Origin: Tubiluchus corallicola
Taxonomy: Eukaryota > Animalia > Priapulida
Assembly: GCA_030141605.1 (NCBI GenBank)
Contig: JAQGDQ010000207.1
Span: forward strand, 325,501-389,500
DNA length: 64,000 nucleotides
Direction of reading: 5' to 3'
The position numbers and the translations under genes were made by a program. Of the stretch, positions 1-10,848 are shown piece after piece; position 1 is the stretch's first letter; each line of letters opens with the position of its first letter. The notes under the pieces were generated by a model that worked only from the letters and a program-made list of their open reading frames with translations, was not told where the DNA came from and did not search any database.

Positions 1-2729
1 CTTAAAGAAGAAAAAGCATTGTTAATTAAACTATGCCCCAAAAAACTTATGCCCCATACAAAATCATATTACTTAGCAATACATTTACCTGTTTGAACGA
101 CTTATGTAACTAGAAAACTAAACTCTTAATAATTTTTAAAAAATGTTCGCGCCAATTGATAAAATGTCACTGACTCACCTTCCCAGTGTACACAACTGAC
201 TCACCAGAAAACCTATTTTTAATCTTATTAACAAGATACAGTAATTTAAGGTTGTGCTTAGTTAATGAAGTCCGCGTTATCTTAATTACACAGGAATGCT
301 CTGATAATTTTTGCAAACTGTAGGCAGTGTTATTTAAGCTTGTTGAAAATGACATCGTCAAAATGGCTGAGCCTAAAGATCATCGCAGAAATTTAAATTT
401 ACAATTTTCTACAGCGGTACTACTAACTCCTGCCTTATATGCAATCAGAAAACATATAAGTAGTATAAAATTTCAAGAGGAATTTTTAAGCTTTATGTAA
501 GGAAGGGGTTTGTTGTCCTTTAACAACAAAATGCACAGTAATGTAGAGAATGTGTAGAAGGCTCTTAAAAGACAAAGATCTTGCCATCAACACCTTATTA
601 GCTAGCAATGATTTTCCGCTTATGTTCCAAAATTGTTCCTGATTTGCACTCAGTTTTTGCAACAATGGCGTCGAATTCGAATGACCTGACTTTGGTCAAT
701 CACGAACAGACGTGGTTTATGGAACAGGACATGCAATGACTTGAATTGAACTGCATTATATAGGCGTGCAAGGTGGGGAGTCGGGGGGGGGGGTGCAGCG
801 TTGCTAAGCATTTTCAGGACAAAAGCTCGTTATTTTCAGGGTGAATAATTCTGCTATAAAATTTGAAAATTTAAGATTTCAATATTCAAAAATTGCTTAC
901 GTAGGTACTGCATTACTTCTTTCTAGTGATTACAGTTAAAGTGCTTCTTGTACATCGAATTGTTTTAAACTTTTAAAATTTTAAAGTTAACAATAGTGCC
1001 CGCTATTAATTTTAGTTCTCATAAATTCTTTACACACTTTTTAAATACATGTCTATCATAGTAGTGAGTGAAAAGAACTTTAAAAACACATTGAAGACAA
1101 TATCATAATGATTAAAATATTAAAAAATATATTTTCATCTACTTGTGTTTAGACCTATAAGTATATAGGTCTGTAGAAGTATATAAGTATATAGACGTGA
1201 GCATTATAGACCTATAATTGTAAATATTTTTTCTATACAGTTTCGTCAGTCTATTCCCTACATAATTGTGCAGTCCGCTGTTTGCACTTATTTCGAAATC
1301 ACTCAAACGAAATCAAACAAAACGGCACCTTGGAAAATTTTCAGGGCACATTCCTTCTGCCCCTTTGTGAAACTTCCCATACGTCTTCGGTAGTACATGA
1401 ATAGCAGTTGCTTTAAGAATGATTGAGTTAGTGTATAGATTTCAGCAAGTGTAAATCTCCTTGCCGCTCAAACTCAATGAGTGTTTGCAAGCACTCTTGA
1501 GCAACAGCTTTAAAATTAAGTAATTTACTAACATGCAAGAATAACAGTGTTTTTTTGTGATTAACAGTTAGTAGACAGTTACAAATTTCAAAACCTAGAA
1601 CAAATTACAAAAAGCTACCTTGTGATACTCGGGAATCGTTCTATATAATGAATTGGATGCATAATGAAAACGCTAAAATTTAAAGCTGTACTTAGAAATT
1701 TGGCTAAAAGTGAATTTAATGAACAAATTTTATCCTTATATTAGACTTTTTAACTATTAGTACGTCTACAATTTAAATATTTATATAACCTATCATTTAT
1801 AATTATATTCGTTTCTTATTGTTAACTTGAATGTCTGGACTTAATTATCATTGTTTTATTAAGTGAAATCTAACAAATAATATTTTAATATTGTAAATTA
1901 CTATCAAGGAAATTGTACCACCCGTTATGTCAGTATGATTTACTTGAACGTGTAAAGTTAAATTCTTTTGTTAACTCTTTTAATGCATAGTAGACTATTG
2001 TAATTGCTATTTTGTAACTGCTATTTGATTTATTGTCTTGTTTTCTATATTTTTGCTGTAACTAACATCTTGGGCCTTTATGGAAACGATACTCGTATGT
2101 AACTATTTTAAAAGTGAGCAAGCAAAAATAAATTCTTACTTTAACTCTTACTGTAAATCTGAACTGATTCAGATCAAAATCCGCGAGCATGACCGCGTTT
2201 ATCACTTTATTGTGCCTTGTCCAGTGTGGATTATCTCCCGTCTAAAAGTTGCAGCTGATGTGACTAACCAGTGTGCACAGCGCTCGTGACTAATTGTCAT
2301 TGACTATGCCTGGTACGGTGCAGTTTAGGCTATTCCCAGCTATTTTAGCCATACCGCTCTCCAGGATACTACACCAGGTGTCGACCCTTGAAGTATAGTG
2401 ACTCTAGAGCCTAGATACTATAGTTCTGGGGTAATTCAATATTATGACTTGTGTTATAACTCGATGTCAAACAATTAATTCGCGGATTAAAAAAAAATGC
2501 ACATGTGGGTTACCTTAGACACGCGCTGCTCGCATACAAAAAACAACAGTAACTTCTTGGATTGTCATATCTACAGCATGCAGTGTGTCCAATGCTGTAT
2601 AATGCTTAATATGTGTAACTCAAAATGCTTTATATGTGTATCCTCAACTTATGCTGTCCTCCGATCTCGCTAACAACGACTTTGACATGGAATCACTGGA
2701 CTAACCGCCACTCCTCTTTTTCCTTTCAG

Positions 2730-5700
2730 TGAAGCAGGCAGACATTTTTGGACGTACGATCCATGTAACAATGCATGGAAACGCAAAGGAAATATGCCTG
2801 AAGCGCTCGCGTACCATGCAGTCACATCCCTAAACTCATGCATGTACGTCGCAGGTTAGTGAATGCACTTATAAATAAACTCTGAATCAGAGTTTGAACT
2901 GGTTCACAGTTTTAACGTTTAAAATTAGTACATTTAGTGACAGCATTACGCTTATCGGTGTGGCGCAATAATATGGGTACTGGCTAGATTAGACCTATGA
3001 ATTATGTCTACTTATATTGCTCAAATAATTATTATACAAAACATTACTTCCGTCCTTCATTAACCAAATTGGTTAAAACACTTTGACAAGAAGCGTAGAA
3101 TTATCAGCATTACAGCCTTTTGTGGAACTAGCCCGTTAAACACAACTAGTACCTATTGTCTATTAGCTAAATTGATAGTATTTTCAAATGAAATAGAGAA
3201 CGACTGTAAAATAAGCTTTTATTAAATTAGTTAGCTTACTAATAAATTCGTGGAGGTCGCTGTAAGCAGCGATTCAATTTATAACCTAATGAACTTATCA
3301 TGTCCTGTATCCAATGCCGTATTAGGGCATGGGCTTTATGGCCTGCAGCCAGCTGAGGGGCCTCCAGAAATTAAATGAAATTAATTTACCCTGAAAAGAT
3401 CACCACAGCACGAGAGTAGAAGTATGCTGAATTATCTGTTTAAAAAGAGCTCAATTAATTAATATACTGTAAATAATACACTGCAATTGTTTTCTTGTCT
3501 CAGTGATACATATTAAAAATCAGTCATTTATTTATTGTAATTTGTCCGTAATATATCTAATATTTCGAAGACGTATTTTTATTTTATAAATATCAGAATA
3601 TCTCTCCCTTTTTTGTTGTATTAGACTTGCTTTAGTAGAAGTTGAAAAAACTGATTTGATGAATCCAACATCCATGCATGTGTTAATTGTCTTAGGGAGT
3701 CGGATCCTCGAATTATCTGTAGCCTAGGGGCCTATAAAGTCAAAACACCCCTCAGTTCTGCTATTCATTCTCTTTATACGTTCATGCTTACAGTTAAGAT
3801 TAGTTGCAAATTCTTACTGAAAAGCTTGTAAAAATGATATAAAATTTTTAGGAGGCATTAGAATCATCAACGGACAGACGACAAATTTTGAACCGGTTCA
3901 AATGGCTTTCGAATACAACTCGATGACAGACACATGGCGAACAATTGCTCCCATGATATACCGTCGCATGCATCACGAACTGGTTCCATATAAGGACAAA
4001 ATTTACGCCATCGGCGGCCAGAATGAAAAGGGCAGGTGGGTAGGCCTAATAAGCCTTTTCACAGTTCCAGTGAATGATAATGCTCCTGAAAAAGTCAAAG
4101 ATTAAGTGTGCCAGATAACGAATTTGTCTACACTTAACAACGCCTCGCAGCCCATGTATTTTTATACTAACAGTTTTAACTGCTAGCTAGAACATTACCT
4201 AGTTCATTTTTTCTTATTCCCAAGCAACATTCTGTTAGTAAATCACTCTACATTGCACAGACTAATGCATAATTAAGTAAAGCACCATGTAAAATATCAA
4301 AGAAATGGCATGGCAACTGAACTTACTGAATTGATGGGACATACGGTTTTGCTTTATACACATGATGGTTGTAGTTAAGACGCGTTACTGGGGTACAGTT
4401 AACCTTTGACCTACAGCAACTGTGCATGCGCACAACGAAACTGTGAAAAGGCTTATTATACTAATATCATTCATTTTATTTACCCACACTAAATTTGTAA
4501 TCATACAGAAACTTGATGGTACCAGTGACGGCTCGTAGCTATTAGTGGAGGTGCGGCAAAATTAAAAAAATTTTAGGCATTGTTTTAATACTGTGTAAAA
4601 CGAAATAAACATATGTAATTATACTGTTGTAATTGTAATTTTAAACAAACAAATGAATTTCAACATGACCTTGATAAACTCCTAAACTATTGTTTTCTTA
4701 CATTAAACTAAAAAATATTGTTTTCTTACGAATAGCCTAAATTGTCGCAGTTCGAGAATATGCCGATACACGGCTTTTAAACACGTGACATCTGACAACA
4801 CGTGCTGCATTGAGCGACAGTACTCTTTCAACTTAAAATACAGCGTCTTATCTCAGACATGTGCACATGGCCGCATGTGCGGACAGCAGCCAAACACCGC
4901 ATTGCTTGGGCTGTGAAGCAAATTGTACTTCCCTCAGGTGCTCCGGTTCCACACAAGTATAAAGAATGAACGAAAGAAAAAAGATTATTCTGTTGAATAT
5001 TATCAATAATATTGAGTGAAAACAGGGGGTGCTGCAGTACCACAGGGCCTATACACGAGCCACAACTGGATGGCACTAATACAGAATTAATTGAATTTGG
5101 AAGCCAAACTTTTAAAAACAGGAAAGTGAAAATGTTAGAACGCAGCCTGGCCTTGAACCAGGAACGGTCTACTGACTCCACTTACATGACAGTTGTCATA
5201 ACCACAAGAGTACTGCATTCCCTTGCGATCATACTTTATCCTTTATAGTTAGCAACAAGTTTCAGCATTTCCAAAGTAGGCTGCTCACACCACAGTGATT
5301 CTAATTAGACTGATTTAATTCTGATTATTTTTGAGCCTGAATTTTGCTTTGCTTTCTAACAAAATGGCTCTTTGTAAAACACTCAGGTCGACAGGCTGAT
5401 ATCTCTTTTGCTTTCTTCGACACTGAGAAGACAGAACTGTTAAACTGTAACTGCACAACAATATTTGAATTTTATTGTCTTTATGCAGATTTTTCCATTT
5501 ATGACAGAACTGCTTTGCATTTTTTTTGTAAATTCAAAAGATCTATTTAAAATGTCTAATATTCAATTATGTAACGTGTAATTTATATTAAACATTGTCA
5601 CGGTATCTTTATTTTTTTACTTTCAATTTCAACTTTAAATTTGCGGCTAAAATTTACAATTTCTCACACACAAGAAATTAGTTCGTGAAGCGGATTAGGA

Positions 5701-8408
5701 TGAGAATTAGGATTAGGTTAGGGTTAGGGTAGGATATTTAAATTGTGTGGGGGAATAGTAAACCCCTTCGAAATTTTCATTTCTAGAATGGTAGCGCCGG
5801 TGGAACACTTCAGCCCAGCAACCAATTCCTGGGAAGAGATTACTGACCTACCCAACCCGCGGATCGGTATCGCAGCTGCTGTTTACAGGGGGAAGATTTA
5901 TTGTGTGGGTGGGTTAGGCGAGCCTCTCCCTAATGGGACCGTGCCAATTCTGTCTCACGTGGAGGCACTGAATCCGCTAATAAACAGGTAAAGTTGTGAA
6001 TCTGTTTGACTTGCCCCAAAATTATGTGTAAGAACAATTGAATGTTTCAAATTAAGTCATACATTAGCTACTTACTAACTAACTAACTAATTCACTCACT
6101 CAATCACTCACTTACCTACTTTCCAGCCTACATACTTACTAACTAAATTACTTACTTGCTTGCTTGCTTACTTACTTACTTACTTACTTAAAAATTGCTT
6201 ACTTGCTTAATTATACTTGCTTTGTTGTTGTTTGTTTGCTTGCTTACTTATTCTTTCTTGCTTATTCCCTCACTGCCCTTTCTTCTGCACTACTAATGAT
6301 GACGTCTACCTCATTTGTAATTGTTGATTTGTTGCATTATGTGCTTGAGAGAAGAAAAATATATTGTCTATGTTTACATGTTGGTTCCTTACTTTGCTGA
6401 CCTATTGTAATGGTTTTAGCTTATAACATCGCAGCGCCATCTAGTGTGAAGTTCATCTGTATCACTTCAAATGAATCTACTAATCTTGAATATATAGCTC
6501 AGCTTTTCTGCTGGCCATCCTTCCAAAATTATTTTGAGTTAATTCAATTAGTTGAGCCTGGCACCGGGTTAACCTGGTTGGGTTAGCAATAATTCAGGCG
6601 CGCCATTGGTTAAAATGAGCCCAGCAATACAGCAACTTAACTTCTGTACAGGTCGCTGTAATCAAGTTGCTGCAGTCAGTACGTAATTTGAAATATTTCT
6701 CAACCTAGAAACGGGGAAAACAAATTCTTAAAATAAAAATGACAGCCAGCGCTAACTTAAGAAAAGACATACATGCCTTTTACTCTGACGCAACATCTGC
6801 AACGTTTCGACTCAGTTAACGTCATGTTCACACTACAATCACCTAATTAGAATACAGTGCGAAAAATATACAAAAATCCACACTGTGAAAAGTTCGTTAG
6901 TGAAAAATTCAAGCATTAAGTTACTAAGCTATCTTTTGGATTTGTATAACCCGATATCTAAATTTACTATTTTTTTATTTGTCTTGTTTGTTCATCACAG
7001 TGTCGATTATTGTATATATTTTTACATTGTGTTTTTATTTAGGTGATTGTTGTGTGAACATGACATTAACTGTATCGAAACGTTGCAGATGTTGTTTCTG
7101 CATAAAAGCCATGTCTTCTCTTAAGTGGGGGCTGGCTGTCATTTTTATTTTCATTTCTTACTCTTTGTGCACAAACAGTATACAATTGAAGTGTGAATCT
7201 AATATTGGATATAAAAAAACTGTAGACCAATGTTGTTATAAAACTCTTGATTACTGATTGTTTAGGTGGGAAGTTATGAAACCGTTAGACACATGTAGAT
7301 GTTGGGCTTCATTATGCGAAGCTGAAGGTAACTTGTACTTAGTAGGTGGATCCTCCAAAGTATGTGGTGACAAACCAGCTGCTGTGGATAATCTGGACAC
7401 TATTGACATCTACAAAGAACTGGAGGATCGTTGGGAGTATAAAACTTCAATGTCTCGTGCTAGATGGCGCAGCTTAGCAAAAAGTATAGGCAAGTGTTCT
7501 TAGCTGATTTTGTTGTTTGAGGCTTTGGCTACTAGGAAATGATACTCACTTAAAATGTTTTGTAGTGCCTTTGCATCTGAGTAAGTGTGGGCTCTGGTGA
7601 TGTTTAATAAACCTTTTCGCAGTTCCAACTGTTGTTCCATGCATTTGTCCTCACTTGACAACGCCTCGCACTCCATGCTGTTGTAATAGTAACAGTTCTG
7701 ACATGTTTTAACAGCTAGCTAGAATCTTACCTACTTCATTTTTCTTGTTGCTAAGCAAGATCCTAAGTAAATCACTCTACGAATAGACTAATGCATAATT
7801 AAGCAAAGTCCACGTAAAACACCTGAAGTATCTAAACTGATGTGGCAAATGGCTTTGCCTTACACACGCTAGATGATGGCTGTAGTTAAGATGCGTTACT
7901 GTGGTACACTTAACCTTTGACTTACAGCAACTGCTTATTGTGAGCACATCAGTAAAACATTTGGATTGTGGAACTGCCTTTCTGTCCACGTAACACTTCT
8001 GAAGTTACTGAACTGATGTGGCAGACGCTGATCTGATGCTTTAATGGAGTGTATTCACATTCATTTATCATGCCTGGTAACATTCATAATTAATGTATTG
8101 CGAATTTTAAATGTCAAACTAATTTTTATTAATTAGTATGTAGGCACTACTGCAACGCCATCTATGCATCAGAAACGACCTATAATGTAGATAAAAAAAG
8201 CTTTAATATAAAGCATTTTTGTGCAGATGACCGTATATTCGTGTTTGGAGGCACAGCACAGGAGGCCAGCAACACAATCGAACTGGACGTGGAATGTTAT
8301 GACGTGGAGACGGATAATTGGCTAAAAGATGTTGCTCGCCTCCCGGAACCGGCCATAGGAATGAAGGCATGCATGCACAGGGTCCAACCGAACCAGCCAG
8401 TCAAATAA
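2730..8408 (+). CDS. Kelch-repeat (KLHL/scruin-like beta-propeller) protein, 3' five exons; 5' end not located
   Basis: Phase-consistent exons 2730-2854, 3852-4035, 5787-5987, 7266-7489 and 8227-8408 (TAA). They encode five kelch blades with GG doublets and Y..W motifs: MYVAGG, RMHHELVPYKDKIYAIGG, RIGIAAAVYRGKIYCVGG, RCWASLCEAEGNLYLVGG, RWRSLAKSIDDRIFVFGG. The last intron is GC-AG. Confidence 0.88.
4047..4458. mobile_element. MITE with 20-bp perfect terminal inverted repeats
   Basis: TAATAAGCCTTTTCACAGTT (4047-4066) and AACTGTGAAAAGGCTTATTA (4439-4458). A related, more degenerate copy lies at ~7606-7980. Confidence 0.8.
6066..6250. repeat. Degenerate (CTTA/CTAA/CTCA)n tetranucleotide microsatellite
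   Basis: Runs of ACTAACTA, ACTCACTC and ACTTACTT. Confidence 0.8.
6798..6834 (-). ncRNA. Minimal type I hammerhead-ribozyme-like motif, G3-C8 core variant
   Basis: The minus strand reads AGT-GTGAACA-T-GAC gttaactga GTC-GAAA-CGTT-GCA. Confidence 0.55.
7051..7087 (+). ncRNA. Minimal type I hammerhead-ribozyme-like motif, G3-C8 core variant
   Basis: TGT-GTGAACA-T-GAC attaactgt ATC-GAAA-CGTT-GCA: stem I TGT/GCA, imperfect stem II, palindromic AACGTT stem III. Confidence 0.55.
7606..7980. mobile_element. Degenerate second copy of the 4047-4458 MITE
   Basis: Shares the left end (TAATAAACCTTTTCGCAGTTCC) and internal blocks (ACAACGCCTCGCA, AGCTAGAA..TTACCTA, GACTAATGCATAATTAAG, TGTAGTTAAGA.GCGTTACTG). 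Confidence 0.7.
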
Positions 8409-9311
8409 TGTACAACCTGTCGATTTTCCAACAGCATCTGATGTGCAAAACCATATTGTCATGTCCTGCATCTTCGAACAAAAACTGCCAATCAAAGACT
8501 TTGTAAAATTGTTATTGTAGAAAAGTATTAATTTTTGAGTTAAGGGTATAAAATAACCGTTGTAATGTACTTTTCAAATATGAACAGTCTCATCAGTTAT
8601 CTTACATATGAAAAAATACTGAACAACAGTGAAAAAACAAAAGCTAAGAAAGCAGTTGTTAACCATAAATAAAATTTTAACACTTTATTTCTGTTAAAAA
8701 TCCATAACATTAATGGAAAATTTTCTTAGCGTCAATTTCAAAACATAAACGTCTATGTCATACCTAATCTTGCTCAAAAAACACTACTACATAACACGTG
8801 AATACACTTTCAATCTTAACTCAATTTAATAGCAATTAAAAATGCTACACTAAAAGTTGGGAAACATAGTATGCAAAAATATACAAAAACACCTTTTCAC
8901 TGCACAAATGATACGTGTATATCAAATTTACGATAATGGTTTTAAATATTTGGAATGTGTACACCGAGAGACGTAGGTATAAAAATCTAGTAGAAAAATA
9001 CAATGATAAAATATAACGCATAGCTATGAAAAAATACATTTTATGTAATTTAAACACAAAAGTCAATAAGTACGACAATAATACTAAACTATAGTTTGGT
9101 TTGCCTCTTTTTGGTACTCAAAATTTTTGGTCACACTTGCCTAATAATCAGCCTAATTATTCAAAAACATCACAATTTCTAACAATTCTAAACTACAAAA
9201 ATTTACAAATATTTAAGACTTTTACATTCAAGTTGATCAATATTTTTCATAATTAATACAGATTTTGAAGTAAACATTATGGTACCAGTACTATAAAAGG
9301 TTTAATATCGC

Positions 9312-9487
9312 AATGCTGAAACTAAGTCTTAAAACACAAAACTCTACAAAAAGCACCATTTACATGACTACAAAAAATCTCCTATTTACCGTTTGCTCAC
9401 AAAGCTGAACTTAAGTCTTACAATACAAAACTCTACAAAAAGCACCATTTACATGACTACGAAAAATCTCTCATTTACCGTTTGCTC
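9312..9487. repeat. Tandem duplication of a ~90-bp unit
   Basis: Two near-identical copies of GCTGAA..TAAGTCTTA...CAAAACTCTACAAAAAGCACCATTTACATGACTAC..AAAATCTC..ATTTACCGTTTGCTC. Confidence 0.85.
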
Positions 9488-9765
9488 TTTAGATAAATTA
9501 AGAATACCCTGACTAGCAAATTAACTATCTGATAATATAGCTCATAAATTTATTACTCACCTACTGCTGTACATAATTACAAGACGCATAGGTGAACGTT
9601 TTTATGAAACCTTGAGGCACAAACTGCACGTAACACAGGACAACTCTAATAAACAATAACTACTACTACTACTATCTAAAATGCAACATTGTCTACAGGC
9701 AAGTGAGAAATAGTGTACAATAAAGCTAAGTTGAAAAAACTGAAATAATTCTGTAACGTACAAGT

Positions 9766-10305
9766 CAGGTAATCAAATTTATTCGAACGTTCGATTCAAA
9801 TTGGCATTAAAAATGTTCAATTCGATTTAACTACATCTCCAAATTCGAAAAATTTGTGCAATTGTCGCCGCGTCATGTTCGTAAGAAAACCACATTGTTA
9901 TTACGCATCAGACAATGTTATCATGGGCCACGATTGCGAACGTCTGAATTTGTTTTTTAAAGGAAAAAAGCGTGAGTGTATCTGATAACCCTTGACAAAA
10001 TTTCATAATCTGGGGCTCGCTTCAAAGCTAAAAATTGGCAAAAAACACCTTTAAATTTGGAAATTTTTGAAACTGAATATTTGCAAGTAGTAATGCAAGT
10101 TATTGCAATAAAAAAACAAAAGGCTAGTCAGTTAGCAGTAGGTCCAATTTAAAACTTCACGCTAATTTGAAACTATAAAAATACTACCGTTATTTCAACT
10201 TTTAGTCAGTACGATTTGATTTTATTCAAACTAGTTAGTAACAGTACAAATTACAAATCCTTGTTAACAATTTCTTACTCAATTGATGCAAAAGTTGATT
10301 ACCTG
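9766..10305. mobile_element. Putative MITE with 11-bp terminal inverted repeats
   Basis: CAGGTAATCAA at 9766 and TTGATTACCTG ending at 10305. No target-site duplication recognised. Confidence 0.5.
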
Positions 10306-10848
10306 ATTTGAAAAATTTCGAATTTGAAATTTTCCATTCGACAGCCAACGTTAGCGACCATATATTGCAATGTTGTGGAGACACACGTGGTATGGCCTGC
10401 CCAATATCTGTAACATGCTACAATCGATGATGAAAAAGCCATTGAATAATAATTGTAACAAAGCTGAGAGACTTTCAAGGTTTCATAACAAAATACATGC
10501 GGTTTTAGCTTTGCCAGTCTGATGACACCACAAACATGGAATATGTTGACTAGAACTGTCAGTATACTTTCTGGTTTGTTACAATTTTTTGGTGACACAA
10601 AAAAATCACTAAGGTAAGTTACCATCAGGAAACGAACGCACATTGATCTAAACTTAAGCCTGTAACTACCTGAATAAGAATATAATTTACATGCAGCTAA
10701 CGATAAAGAAAAAGGCAAACAAAAGAATTTATATCTAAAATAAAAAAGCACTTAGTACAAACTTAAAAATGGAATATTTCAAATAAAAACACTACAAAAG
10801 TTAATTTAGAAATAATTCTTTTACCAGAACTGGTAAAAGCATAAAATA

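Larger units (their letters stand above)
6730..7150. mobile_element. Inverted pair of ~155-bp Penelope-like terminal repeats, each carrying a hammerhead-like motif
   Basis: 6730-6887 is the diverged reverse complement of 6996-7150, with a spacer of ~110 bp. A related pair lies at 16750-17040. Confidence 0.65.

Noticed and set aside
665-711. Possible kelch first exon (ATGGCGTCG...CAGAC|GTGGTT), phase-compatible with 2730
   Set aside because: The donor is weak and there is no protein-motif support; the true 5' exons may lie outside the window.
5694-5735. TTAGGG-like telomeric repeats
   Set aside because: Only two exact units within a degenerate run; typical of interspersed repeat interiors.
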